Below are positions 22,220 through 32,296 of a stretch of DNA of 64,000 nucleotides, in pieces; positions within the stretch are counted from its first letter, which is position 1; every line of letters starts with the position of its first letter. The position numbers and the translations under genes are program-made. Under the pieces are notes generated by a model. It saw only the letters and a list, made by a program, of their open reading frames with translations, ran no database searches and had not been told where the DNA came from. Source of the DNA: an uncultured Candidatus Binatia bacterium (GTDB taxonomy: Bacteria; Desulfobacterota; Binatia; Bin18); assembly GCA_965200965.1 (NCBI GenBank), contig OZ241744.1, positions 1,920,001 through 1,984,000 of the forward strand, read 5' to 3'.

Positions 22220-23323
22220 ATGGATACGCACAGGGCCGGCAGTGCCCGCACCAGTCTGAGTTTCTTTGCGCTAGCCGCCATACTTGGTCTTGGGCTAGCC
22301 GGCTGTCACCGGGACTATTCGGCAGCATTTGTCGATAAACTCATCACCCGCACCGATAAATTCTTTGATGTTGCCCACGCCACCGGCGACACCTTTGTCG
22401 TCGTCGGCTACAACGGTCGTATCATCCGCTCTGAGGACGCCGGTGAAACCTGGGCAGAGGTTGAGTCTCCCGCAGAATGGGCGCTCAACCAGGTCGAGTT
22501 CAAAGGAGATGATGGCTGGGCGGTCGGCCACTACGGCACTGTGCTCAACTCGCGAGATGGCGGCAAAACCTGGACCCAGCAGGACTCGCGCACCGAAAAA
22601 ACCCTGTTCTCGGTCTCTTTTGTTGACAAGCTGCACGGCTGGGCGAGCGGTGACGAATCCACCGTGATCTGGACGGATAACGGCGGAGAGTCCTGGAATG
22701 CCAAACGCATTGAGGTATCGCAGGTCGGCCTTAACGAAGATATGGCCCTGGCCATCCCTGATATCATGTACTACGGCATCCATTTCGTTGACGCCCAAAA
22801 CGGCTGGATGGTGGGCGAGTACGGCAATGTCCGCAACACCACCGATGGCGGCCAGACCTGGGGATCGCAGCACGGCAGCCTGATCGAGGGGCTGAGAAAG
22901 ATGGGTGTGGTGGCCTCGGATGTGATGTCGCTGGCGGCCTTCTTCCGCGTCCATTTTACCGATCCCGATAACGGCTTCATCGTTGGCGGTGGGGGCGCGG
23001 TGGCCTCAACTACCGATGGCGGCCAGAACTGGACATGGGTCTCCCGGGATGGCACGGGGGCTGATGTTCCGAGCATGCCCATCTATGACCTTGTTCAACC
23101 CACCGACGACGGCACAATTGTTGCGGTCGGCTCCAACGGCCTAGTGCTGAACGCCGACACCAACGGCAACTGGACCCAGGCCAACGCCGACGCCGATGTG
23201 TTCACCTGGCTCAACGGGGTGGCTATCGCCGACAGCGGCAAGGGCGTCATGGTCGGCGGCAAGGGGAGTATTCTGCTGACCAGCGACGGCGGCAAAACCT
23301 GGCGTCCTATTCAAGACCAGTAA
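22220..23323 (+). CDS. YCF48-like BNR-repeat beta-propeller lipoprotein
   Basis: Lipobox LAGC; repeated S/TxDGGxTW Asp-boxes and GWxVG motifs. Confidence 0.9.
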   Translation: MDTHRAGSARTSLSFFALAAILGLGLAGCHRDYSAAFVDKLITRTDKFFDVAHATGDTFVVVGYNGRIIRSEDAGETWAEVESPAEWALNQVEFKGDDGWAVGHYGTVLNSRDGGKTWTQQDSRTEKTLFSVSFVDKLHGWASGDESTVIWTDNGGESWNAKRIEVSQVGLNEDMALAIPDIMYYGIHFVDAQNGWMVGEYGNVRNTTDGGQTWGSQHGSLIEGLRKMGVVASDVMSLAAFFRVHFTDPDNGFIVGGGGAVASTTDGGQNWTWVSRDGTGADVPSMPIYDLVQPTDDGTIVAVGSNGLVLNADTNGNWTQANADADVFTWLNGVAIADSGKGVMVGGKGSILLTSDGGKTWRPIQDQ

Positions 23324-23335
23324 AAGGAGACACGC

Positions 23336-25777
23336 ATGGCTGACGAAACATTACACGCGCTTCAGGAAAAGCCAGCCCTCTACCGCCTTGGCGAAGGCTT
23401 GATCCGGCTCCGCTTTCCGATCACCCTCACCGTTGCCATCCTGACCGGCTTCATGGCCTATCAGGCCTCACAGCTGGAGATGTTCACCCAGTTCAGCAAC
23501 CTGCTCCCCTACCAGCATCCCTGGATTCAGGTCCATTTCCGGTTTGCCGAGCAGTTCGGGGGTGCGAACAACGTCAACATCATGCTCAAGGTCAAGGAGG
23601 GCGATGTCTTTACCAGGGAGTTGCTGACCAAGATCTATGACATGACCCAAGCCATTGACCGGGTGTCGGGGGTGAACCATGACCAGATCGAGTCCATCGG
23701 CCACCGCACCACCCGCTACCTGACCGTCCTGGGGGGAACGATTGCCACCCCACCGGTCATGCGCCGTCCGCCAAAAACCGATGCCGAGGTCGCTGAGATC
23801 AAAGAGATTTGTTACAATGACGAATCCATCTACGGCCAGCTCGTCTCGCTCAACGGCAAAGCCTTGCTGATCAAGGCCAATTTCATTGAGGGCCGTCTCG
23901 ACTACAAAGAGATATTTGACCAGATTTCCCGGACGGTCAAAGAACCGTTTGAAACCGAAAACCACGAGATCTATGTCGCCGGCGAGCCGCAACTGTACGG
24001 TTGGATCTACTACTACGCCAACGAGGTGTTCTATGTCTTTCTGGCCGCCACCCTGGTGTGCTGGATTCTGCTGTACCTGTACTTCCACGACTGGCGGGGC
24101 GCGTTGCGGCCAACCATCACCGGCATTATCTCGGCCTTCTGGGGCTTGGGCATCCAGTCCATGATGGGTTTTGCCATGGACCCCCTGGCCCTGGTCATCC
24201 CCTTCTTTGTGACCGCCCGGGCAGTCAGTCACTCGGTCCAGATGCACGAGCGCTATTATGAGGAGTACCGGCGCTGCAACTGGAACAAGGAAAGGGCCAT
24301 TGTCTCGGCCTTTGCCGAACTCTTCGTACCGACCCTGAGCGGGATTATCACCGACTCGCTGGGCATGTTGGTGATCATCATCGTTCCGGTGGTTATTCTC
24401 CAGCGGATCGCGATTTCGGCTTCCATCTGGGTCGCGTCGGTAGCGATCAGCGAGCTGCTGCTTAACCCAGTCGTCTACTACTACCTCAGAGCCCCTGACC
24501 GGGAAAAAGTCATCAAACGAGAGGAGGGCTGGTTCCAGAATCTTATTGGCCGGGCATCGGCCTGGATTGTCGTTCCTCGCAACTCCAAGATGATCATCTC
24601 GTTCTGGGTCGTCGCCTTTCTTATTTCCATGACCCAGGTCCGCCACCTGACCATCGGCGACCCCAGCGCCAGCACCCCGCTCCTCCATCTGGACTCTCCC
24701 TATAACCAGGCCCATCTGGAGATTCAGCGATTCTTTGGCGGCATTGAGCCCCTCATCATCGTGCTCGAAGGCCGGGATAAGGATGTGCTCAAAGACCCCA
24801 CCCTGCTGCGCAACATGGAGAGCTTCCAGCGCTACATGGAGCGTGATCCAGATATTGGCTACAGTTTCTCGCTGGCCGATATCATCCAGTCGATCAACAT
24901 GACGTTCTACGATATGCAGCCGCGCTGGGGCGTGATTCCGGAGGAACGCCAAAAAGTCAGCGCGCTGTTCTTCTTCTTCTTTGCCGGTGCGCCGCCGGGC
25001 GAAACCTCGCGCTTTCTTGACCCCAGTTATACCACCACCCGGGTGACCTTCTACTGCGCCAACCACCAGGGCGACAACATCGCCCGGATCATGCACTTCG
25101 TGCAGCAATACGTTGCCGACAACCCGCTCGAAACCGCGGACTATCGCCTAGCCGGTGGCCTGATCGGGGTAACCGCGGCGGCCAACGAGGAGATTCTGAA
25201 GAACGATATTCTGATGAACGCCCTGGGGTTCGGCACGATCTTTCTGATCGTGATGTTTACCTACCGCTCCCCGGTCGCCTCCCTGGTGATGATGATCGGC
25301 CTGTTCCTGGCCAACGGCATTGTCAACGCCTACATGGGCTTTCGCAACATCGGGATCAACCTCCAGTCGCTGCCGATTGTGACCGTCGGGGTCGGTTTTG
25401 GCATTGACTACGCCCTCTACATCGTGAGTCGGGCGGTTGAAGAGTACAACGGCCCGACTGTGGCGAAATCGATCGAGGAGTATACGGCTGGCAAGGATCT
25501 CAGCGAAAAAGACCTCGAGTCCTACCGGGTCAGCGAATCGGTCCGCATGGGGCTGTATACGGCCGGCAAGGCCGTGACCTTTACCGCCGCCACCCTGATC
25601 GCCGCCACCATGCTGTGGGCCTTTGCCAGCATCCGTTTCTGTTCTGAAATGGGTCTGTTGCTGGCCCTGTGGATGGGCATCAGCTTCTTTGGGGCGTGTA
25701 CTTTTGTCCCTGCTGCGCTGGTGCTGTGGAGACCAAAGTTCTTCCTGCGCGCAGCCAAAGAGGGCATTATCGCCTGA
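23336..25777 (+). CDS. RND/MMPL family transporter
   Basis: Duplicated TM/periplasmic halves, QFGGAN, ARAVSHSVQ, GVGFGIDYALY. Confidence 0.92.
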   Translation: MADETLHALQEKPALYRLGEGLIRLRFPITLTVAILTGFMAYQASQLEMFTQFSNLLPYQHPWIQVHFRFAEQFGGANNVNIMLKVKEGDVFTRELLTKIYDMTQAIDRVSGVNHDQIESIGHRTTRYLTVLGGTIATPPVMRRPPKTDAEVAEIKEICYNDESIYGQLVSLNGKALLIKANFIEGRLDYKEIFDQISRTVKEPFETENHEIYVAGEPQLYGWIYYYANEVFYVFLAATLVCWILLYLYFHDWRGALRPTITGIISAFWGLGIQSMMGFAMDPLALVIPFFVTARAVSHSVQMHERYYEEYRRCNWNKERAIVSAFAELFVPTLSGIITDSLGMLVIIIVPVVILQRIAISASIWVASVAISELLLNPVVYYYLRAPDREKVIKREEGWFQNLIGRASAWIVVPRNSKMIISFWVVAFLISMTQVRHLTIGDPSASTPLLHLDSPYNQAHLEIQRFFGGIEPLIIVLEGRDKDVLKDPTLLRNMESFQRYMERDPDIGYSFSLADIIQSINMTFYDMQPRWGVIPEERQKVSALFFFFFAGAPPGETSRFLDPSYTTTRVTFYCANHQGDNIARIMHFVQQYVADNPLETADYRLAGGLIGVTAAANEEILKNDILMNALGFGTIFLIVMFTYRSPVASLVMMIGLFLANGIVNAYMGFRNIGINLQSLPIVTVGVGFGIDYALYIVSRAVEEYNGPTVAKSIEEYTAGKDLSEKDLESYRVSESVRMGLYTAGKAVTFTAATLIAATMLWAFASIRFCSEMGLLLALWMGISFFGACTFVPAALVLWRPKFFLRAAKEGIIA

Positions 25778-25800
25778 CCCGGCGTACAGCCACAGCAGCG

Positions 25801-25845
25801 AACCAGGAGGGGACGGGTCTCGGGCCCGCCCCCTCCTGGTTTCTT
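25801..25845 (+). terminator. Strong hairpin between the RND and ThDP enzyme genes
   Basis: AACCAGGAGGGG..CGGGTC-tcg-GGCCCG..CCCCTCCTGGTT followed by TCTT. Confidence 0.6.
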
Positions 25846-25900
25846 CCAAAGAAATGTGGAAAGATGCCCCGTCTTCACACCCAAAAGGAGGACAGTACAT

Positions 25901-27589
25901 ATGGCAAGTGTTGATGGAGGAGTCCTGATTGGCCGCATCCTCAAAGAACAAAACGTGCAATACATGTTCGCCGTCAACGGCGGGCATACCTTCCCCATCC
26001 TGGCAAACCTGCGGGAGAACGGCGTCAAGCTGATCCACATGCGCCACGAGCAAGCCACGGCCTATGCGGCCGACGCCTATGCCCGCGTCACTGGCCAGCC
26101 AGGCGTGTGTTGCGTGACCGCCGGCTGTGGGCTGACCAACGCCGTGACCGGATTGTGCGGTGCTGCCCTGACTAACAGCTCGGTAGTGTGCCTGTCCGGC
26201 CAGCACCCAACGACTGAGGACTACATCGGCTCTTTCCAGGAAGCCTACGGCTCGGATGTCGTCAACTCATTTGCCAAGTTTGGCAAACGGGTCCTGGACT
26301 GGACGACGATCGAGGTTGACCTGCGCCAGGCCTTTCGTGAGGCCAAAAACCCGCCCCAGGGCGTGTCCATGCTGGAGATTCCGACCAATATCCTGTACCA
26401 CACCGATGACGAGATCAAACAGCGCCGGGGGGCCAAAGTCTACGACACCGATGCCGTCCGCTCCCAGGGCGATCCACGCAGCATCGAAAAGACAGCCGAA
26501 CTCCTGTTCTCAGCCCAGCGACCGCTGATCGCCGGCGGTGACGGCCTCTTCTGGTCCAATGCGCAAGAAGAACTCAAAGAACTGGCCGAGCTGACCAGTA
26601 CGCCGGTCTACTGCCGCCGGGCCGGTCAGGGTGCCTTGGACGAAGACAGCCCGCTGGCCATCCGCGGGGCGTGGAAAAAACCCTTCACCGGCAACGCCGA
26701 CCTCGTGCTGGCCGTCGGCTTCCGCTTCTGGAGTGGGGAAAAATTCGGCGAGCCGCCCACCTGGACGGATAAAGCCACCTATGTCCAGGTCGATACCGAC
26801 CCGCAGCGCGTCGGCTGGCACGTCCCGGCCGAGGTCGGCATTGTGGGCGACCCCAAGCTCGTCCTGCGCCAGATCATTGACGCCATCAAAGACCTGAAGC
26901 TTGACTTCAGCGCCAAGCGCGAAAGCCCCTGGCTGCAACAGATGCTTGAAGTGCGCCGCAACTACGAACGGATGATCAGCGAACGGGCGGCCAAAACGCA
27001 CAGCGATGTGCCGATTCATCCCGACCGGCTGACCAAAGATCTCGTCTCGGTCATCGACACAGACGCCACCCTGATTATCGATAGCTTTACCCTGAGCGGC
27101 TATACCAGCCAGTGGTTCACCGCCCATACCACCGGACAGATCGTTGACGCCGGTCCGCTGGCCCCGGTTGGACATGGGGTAGGCATGGGCATTGGTGCCC
27201 AGCTTGGCCGACCGGGCAAACAAGTCATTATCGTCTCTGGCGACGGCGGCCTAGGCATTGGCGGCATGGATATGGAAACCGCGGTCAAGTACGATATCCC
27301 GATCATCTGCCTGCTGTGGAACAACAGCTCGTGGGGGCCGAGCTTTGAGCAGATGCCGCTGCTCAAGGGCCGGACCGACCCGTTCGATATGGTACCCAAT
27401 ATCCGCTACGACAAGGTGTTCGAGCCGATGGGCGTCCATACCGAGCACGCCGAGACGCCGGACGAGATCATCCCGGCCCTGGAGCGGGCGCTCACATCCG
27501 GCAAGACCTCCCTCATTAACGTGCTGGGCGACAAACGCTTCGGCCACCCGTCCTTGGGCGGGAACCTGCTGGGATCAACCCAAGTCTGA
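25901..27589 (+). CDS. Thiamine diphosphate-dependent enzyme (2-hydroxyacyl-CoA lyase/benzaldehyde lyase/AHAS-like superfamily)
   Basis: GGH, MRHEQATAYAADAYARVTG, GDGG..NN ThDP motif; AAGGAGG SD. Confidence 0.9.
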   Translation: MASVDGGVLIGRILKEQNVQYMFAVNGGHTFPILANLRENGVKLIHMRHEQATAYAADAYARVTGQPGVCCVTAGCGLTNAVTGLCGAALTNSSVVCLSGQHPTTEDYIGSFQEAYGSDVVNSFAKFGKRVLDWTTIEVDLRQAFREAKNPPQGVSMLEIPTNILYHTDDEIKQRRGAKVYDTDAVRSQGDPRSIEKTAELLFSAQRPLIAGGDGLFWSNAQEELKELAELTSTPVYCRRAGQGALDEDSPLAIRGAWKKPFTGNADLVLAVGFRFWSGEKFGEPPTWTDKATYVQVDTDPQRVGWHVPAEVGIVGDPKLVLRQIIDAIKDLKLDFSAKRESPWLQQMLEVRRNYERMISERAAKTHSDVPIHPDRLTKDLVSVIDTDATLIIDSFTLSGYTSQWFTAHTTGQIVDAGPLAPVGHGVGMGIGAQLGRPGKQVIIVSGDGGLGIGGMDMETAVKYDIPIICLLWNNSSWGPSFEQMPLLKGRTDPFDMVPNIRYDKVFEPMGVHTEHAETPDEIIPALERALTSGKTSLINVLGDKRFGHPSLGGNLLGSTQV

Positions 27590-27619
27590 CATGCCAAGTC
27601 TGACACAGTGCACCGAACC

Positions 27620-27642
27620 GAGACGCCCCGCCGGGGCGTCTC
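27620..27642. repeat. Palindrome GAGACGCCCC-gcc-GGGGCGTCTC (bidirectional terminator or REP-like)
   Basis: Perfect 10-bp stem between convergent genes; degenerate copy near 59677-59696. Confidence 0.55.
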
Positions 27643-27905
27643 TAGCCGTCTTGTGCGCGTTCTTTTCTGAGCACAATTTCAATTTCCTCCAGCGGTGACA
27701 GGCCACGGTTGCGGAGATGACAGGCCCAGCCGTCAAAGGTCCGCAAGTAAGAGAAGACGTGACGGATCAAGCCGGGCTTGATGCGGACCTCCCACTCGTC
27801 CAGCCACTCATCACCCTCAAAATCCTCATCGTCCCAGGCCTCGACCGGAATATCAGCGCTCAGAGAAAAGCGCAGGCGAAACGTCCGCTCTTCACTGTCC
27901 GGCAT
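27642..27905 (-). CDS. Hypothetical small acidic protein
   Basis: GAGGAG SD inside the ppk2 3' end, start 2 nt after the ppk2 stop, globular-looking composition. Confidence 0.7.
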   Translation of the reverse strand: MPDSEERTFRLRFSLSADIPVEAWDDEDFEGDEWLDEWEVRIKPGLIRHVFSYLRTFDGWACHLRNRGLSPLEEIEIVLRKERAQDG

Positions 27906-27907
27906 AC

Positions 27908-28792
27908 CTACTCCTCATTCTCCAACTCGCGTTTGGCCTCCAGCAGACGCTTGTACTGCTCCTGACTGAGCTGCGGGTAGCGCAGCGGCAGAGCGCCGAT
28001 CCGCGCCGCCACAATATCAGCCACCAGCGCCCGGGCATACCATTTATTGTCGGCCGGAATGACATACCAGGGGGCATACTCCGGGCTGGTCTGGCTCAAC
28101 ATTTCCTCATACGCCCGGCGATAATCCTTCCAGTAGCGCCGCTCACGAATATCGGCGTCAGAAAACTTCCAGTGTTTCTCCGGCTTGGTCAACCGGGCCA
28201 GAAAACGCTTTTTCTGCTCGCCCTTCGAGATATGCAGATAGAACTTGAGCACCTGGGTGGCGTCGCGCACCAGGACGTGTTCAAAGTTGTTAATGGCGTC
28301 AAAGCGGCTCTGCCAGATGTCGTCGGTCGGCTGGCCGGGCGGCAGGTGCTGGGCATCAAGAAAATGCGGATGCACCCGCACAATCAACACCTCCTCATAA
28401 TACGAGCGGTTGAAGACACTGATCCGCCCCTTGCCCGGCAGATAGCGGCTGGGCCGCCAGAGGAAACCATGCTGTAACTCTTCTCCGTTGGGCGCGCCAA
28501 AGCTATGCACCGCGCAGCCCTGCGGGTTCACCCCCGAAAACACCCGCCGGATCAGGCTGTCTTTGCCCGAGGCGTCAGGCCCTTGCAAAATAACGAGACA
28601 GGCGTACTCCGCACTCGCCCACAGCACCCGTTGGGCCTCTGCCAGACCCCGCACACCCGCTTGCAGGGCTTTGCGCGCCTCGGCTTTGTTCTTGAACTCG
28701 GGGCCTGGTTTGGTCGGATACTCGTCGAGGTGGACCGTCTGACCCGGCTTGATGACATAATGGCTCTGGTCGAAATGTGGTGCGGCACTCAT
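27908..28792 (-). CDS. ppk2: Polyphosphate kinase 2 family protein (likely class III)
   Basis: QGPDASGKD Walker A, FNRSYYEEVL, WKFSDADIRER, PWYVIPADNKW. Confidence 0.93.
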   Translation of the reverse strand: MSAAPHFDQSHYVIKPGQTVHLDEYPTKPGPEFKNKAEARKALQAGVRGLAEAQRVLWASAEYACLVILQGPDASGKDSLIRRVFSGVNPQGCAVHSFGAPNGEELQHGFLWRPSRYLPGKGRISVFNRSYYEEVLIVRVHPHFLDAQHLPPGQPTDDIWQSRFDAINNFEHVLVRDATQVLKFYLHISKGEQKKRFLARLTKPEKHWKFSDADIRERRYWKDYRRAYEEMLSQTSPEYAPWYVIPADNKWYARALVADIVAARIGALPLRYPQLSQEQYKRLLEAKRELENEE

Positions 28793-28901
28793 CCTGCTCT
28801 CCCCCGCTCGCTAGACTGCCCTGAGAGTGCCACGAGTCCCGAATCTGGTCAAACGCAGGGCAAGGGAGTGGGTCTTGTCTCGGTGACGGGGGAGTGAAAA
28901 G

Positions 28902-29687
28902 ATGGCGTCCATGAGAGCGCAGACAGCGGCCGGCCTCGTGCAATTCCTTCTCTGTCTCTATGTCGCCCTCGGCCCACCGATCCCGGCGCGCGCCGCCAGT
29001 GACGACGAGCGTGCCCGGGAGATTGTAGACCGGATTGACCGCCTGATGCGGGGCGATTCAAGTCGGGGCACAATGACCATGCAGATTGTCACCGAGCACT
29101 GGCAGCGCAGCCTGACCATGCAGATCTGGTCTCAGGGCACTGAGAAGGCCCTGATTCGGATTGAGAAGCCCAAGAAAGAGGCCGGCACGGCCACCCTGAA
29201 GGTCGGGAATAATATCTGGAATTATTTGCCCAAGGTCAGCCGCACCATCAAAATTCCGACCTCAATGATGATGGCCTCCTGGATGGGCAGCCATTTCACC
29301 AATGACGATCTGGTCAAAGAGAGCCGTCTCATCCGCGACTATTTTCTTGAGATTGCGTTTGAGGGCGACCGGGACGGCGCTGCGGTGTATGAATTCTGGC
29401 TGACCCCCCGGCCTGAAGCGCCGGTGGTGTGGGGCAAGATCGCCCTTGAAGTCCGCCAAGACGACCTGATGCCAAGCTGGCAACGGTATTACGATGAAGA
29501 CGGCCGGCTCATACGCGAGCTGCGGTTCTCGGCCTACACGACCCTGGGTGGTCGCCTGGTACCGACGCGCATGGTCATGCAGCCCCAGGATAAACCCAGG
29601 GAGCAGACCGTTATTATCTATGACGAGCTGGCGTTCGACCTTCCACTTGCAGCCGACATCTTTTCCCTGCGCAACCTCGAAAGATAG
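28902..29687 (+). CDS. Outer-membrane lipoprotein-sorting (LolA-like) protein
   Basis: Signal peptide, PKKEAGTATLK, IWNYLPKV, SWMGSHFTNDDLV. Confidence 0.88.
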   Translation: MASMRAQTAAGLVQFLLCLYVALGPPIPARAASDDERAREIVDRIDRLMRGDSSRGTMTMQIVTEHWQRSLTMQIWSQGTEKALIRIEKPKKEAGTATLKVGNNIWNYLPKVSRTIKIPTSMMMASWMGSHFTNDDLVKESRLIRDYFLEIAFEGDRDGAAVYEFWLTPRPEAPVVWGKIALEVRQDDLMPSWQRYYDEDGRLIRELRFSAYTTLGGRLVPTRMVMQPQDKPREQTVIIYDELAFDLPLAADIFSLRNLER

Positions 29688-29688
29688 G

Positions 29689-30954
29689 GTGACACAACGA
29701 CTTGTGCAGCTGGCCTGGCGCAACCTGTGGCGTAACCCGCGGCGCGCCTCCATCAGCGTCACGGCGATCGCCCTCGGCTACGCTATGCTGCTGTTGTTCG
29801 CCTGTCTCTTACACGGTCTGAGCCGGCAGATGATCGACAACGGCACGCGCATGGGACTGTCTCACATGCAGGTCCATGCCCCGGACTATTACCCGGACCG
29901 CTCACTGTACCATACGCTGGGGGGACGGGCCGGAGCCGAGTTGGACGCCCTGCTGACGACCCTGAGCACCCATCCCCAGGTCCTGGCCGCGGCCCCACGG
30001 GTGTATGGCTACGCGCTGGTAAGCGGAGGCAGTCACTCGGCCGGAGCCGACCTGCTCGGCGTTGACCCGGTCCGCGAGCGGCAGATTTCATGTTTTCACA
30101 CCCGTCTGACCAAGGGGCGCTTTCTCAGTCGGCAGACCCCACGCGACACGCGCGAGGTCGTGCTCGGCGAGAAGCTGGCCAGCACCATCGCAGCCAAGCC
30201 TGGCAGCGAGATTATTCTGCTGACCCAAGCCGCGGACGGCTCAATCGGGAACGATCTGTACACCGTAGTGGGCATTCTGCGGACCGGGTCTGAGGCAATT
30301 GACCGTGGGACCGTCCTGATGCCTCTGGGCGCGACGCAGGAGTTGCTGAGCCTGGCCGCCAACCGGGTTCACGAAATTGGCGTACTGACGACAAGCGCGG
30401 ACATAGCCGGTACGCTTGCCGCCAGACTCGAACGCCGGCTCAACGAAACGCTACCGGTCCGGGTTCGGGCTTGGCCCGAACTATCCCCGGCCCTGGCCGA
30501 CTATGTGCAGATGAGTGAAGGCTCAAACGCTTTTCTTTTCTCGGTCGTCTTCCTCGTCGCGATCATCGGGGTGATGAACACCATGCTGATGGCGGTCTTT
30601 GAGCGGACCCGCGAGTGTGGCGTCCTCATGGCCCTCGGGCTGCGGCCGCTCTCCATGACCCTGCTGATTGTGCTTGAAGCCGGTCTGCTGGCCGGGGTGA
30701 GTGTCGGCCTCGGGGCCGTCCTGGGTGGACCGCTGGTGTGGTATCTCCAGACCCACGGGCTTGATTTACGCACGGTGATGGGAGAGTTGTCAGTGGCCGG
30801 CGTCGTCATTGACCCCATCTGGTACGGCCAACACGATGTTCCCACCTACCTTCAGGCCGGGCTGGGGCTCGCGCTGGTGGCGCTGGTGGCAGCGCTCTAT
30901 CCGGCGATTCGGGCGGCTCGTTTTCGGCCGGTTGAAGCAATGCGACGGGTGTGA
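29689..30954 (+). CDS. FtsX/LolE-type ABC permease
   Basis: LAWRNLWRNPRR, NTMLMAVFERTRECGVLMALG, YPAIRAARFRPVEAMR; GTG start. Confidence 0.9.
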   Translation: MTQRLVQLAWRNLWRNPRRASISVTAIALGYAMLLLFACLLHGLSRQMIDNGTRMGLSHMQVHAPDYYPDRSLYHTLGGRAGAELDALLTTLSTHPQVLAAAPRVYGYALVSGGSHSAGADLLGVDPVRERQISCFHTRLTKGRFLSRQTPRDTREVVLGEKLASTIAAKPGSEIILLTQAADGSIGNDLYTVVGILRTGSEAIDRGTVLMPLGATQELLSLAANRVHEIGVLTTSADIAGTLAARLERRLNETLPVRVRAWPELSPALADYVQMSEGSNAFLFSVVFLVAIIGVMNTMLMAVFERTRECGVLMALGLRPLSMTLLIVLEAGLLAGVSVGLGAVLGGPLVWYLQTHGLDLRTVMGELSVAGVVIDPIWYGQHDVPTYLQAGLGLALVALVAALYPAIRAARFRPVEAMRRV

Positions 30955-32288
30955 TGACACGCACCCAACTGCTCGTGAGCCTGGCCTGGCGCAACCTGTG
31001 GCGACACGCGCGTCGGACTATGCTGACCGTCCTGGCACTCGGCTTAGGGCTGGGCTTCCTCCTCCTGTCGCTGGGTCTGGGCGACGGTGGCCACGAGCAG
31101 ATGATTGTAAATGGCATCAAGCTGGGGGGCGGCCATGTGGTGATTCAGGCCGAGGGCTATCAACGCCGCCAATCCCAGGACCTGCTCCTGCCCGCCCACG
31201 TCATTGCGACCGTTGACCGCACCCTGCGCGCCGACCGTGCCCTCCACAGCATCAACCCCCGCCTGCTGGCCTCGGGTCTGCTCAGTTCCGCGGCCAATGC
31301 CTCGGGGGTGAGCATTGTCGGTGTCTGGCCACACGCCGAGCAAGTCGTCTCGCTGATTCCGCAGCGCATGATTGAAGGCGCGTATCTGGCCGAGCAGCCT
31401 TCAGGGCTGGTGATCGGCTCTGAGTTGGCCAGAAAACTGAAGGTGCGGGTCGGCTCAAAAGTCGTCCTGACGGCCCAGGCAGTCCAGCCGCAAGCAGACG
31501 GGGCAGACGGGGACGACCGCCCGGAGGTGCCCCAGCGATCGGCGTCCGCCTCACAGGGCCGGAACGGAGCGGGGGGCGAGATTCAAAGCGCCCTGTTCCG
31601 GGTCGTCGGCATCTTCCGCACCGGCCTGCGTGAGGTGGACGCCTACCTGGTCCATCTCAGCCTGCCCGAAACGCAGACCTTTCTGGGGGCCGGCGATGGG
31701 GTCAGTCAGATCGCCGTTTTCCTGCGCCAAGACAGCGCCACCGCGCCAACCGCAGACACCTTGCGGACCCAATTCAGCCCACGCGAGATCGAGGTCCTGA
31801 CCTGGCGTCAAGCCCTGGCCGAACTGGCCCGCTTTGTCTGGCTCGACGACGCCTTCAGCTATGTGATGAACGGCATCATCCTGGTCATGGTTGCCCTGGG
31901 CGTGCTGAACACCATGCTGATGGCCGTCTTAGAGCGCCGTTACGAACTTGGCGTATGCGCCGCGGTGGGTCTGCAACCGGCTCAGCTCCTGAGCCTGGTC
32001 ATGGCTGAGTCGGTGCTCCTCATCGCGCTCAGCCTGGTCCTGGGGCTGGTCCTGGGGCTTGGCGGTCACTGGTATTTTGCGAGCTATGGCCTGGATATGC
32101 GCACCTTCATCGAGACCGACCTGCCGATTGCCGGGACCGTCTTTGACCCTGTATTGTACTCGTCGCTGAGTCACGCGCGGATTCTCTGGGCGGTGAGTGT
32201 GGTCGGCCTGCTCGCCCTGCTGATGGCCGTCTACCCGGCCTGGAAAGCCGCCCGAACCGAGCTGCCCGGGGCGCTGCGGACCATGTAG
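30954..32288 (+). CDS. FtsX/LolE-type ABC permease (paralog)
   Basis: LAWRNLWRHARR, NTMLMAVLERRYELG, YPAWKAAR. Confidence 0.9.
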   Translation: MTRTQLLVSLAWRNLWRHARRTMLTVLALGLGLGFLLLSLGLGDGGHEQMIVNGIKLGGGHVVIQAEGYQRRQSQDLLLPAHVIATVDRTLRADRALHSINPRLLASGLLSSAANASGVSIVGVWPHAEQVVSLIPQRMIEGAYLAEQPSGLVIGSELARKLKVRVGSKVVLTAQAVQPQADGADGDDRPEVPQRSASASQGRNGAGGEIQSALFRVVGIFRTGLREVDAYLVHLSLPETQTFLGAGDGVSQIAVFLRQDSATAPTADTLRTQFSPREIEVLTWRQALAELARFVWLDDAFSYVMNGIILVMVALGVLNTMLMAVLERRYELGVCAAVGLQPAQLLSLVMAESVLLIALSLVLGLVLGLGGHWYFASYGLDMRTFIETDLPIAGTVFDPVLYSSLSHARILWAVSVVGLLALLMAVYPAWKAARTELPGALRTM

Positions 32289-32296
32289 GAACAGCC

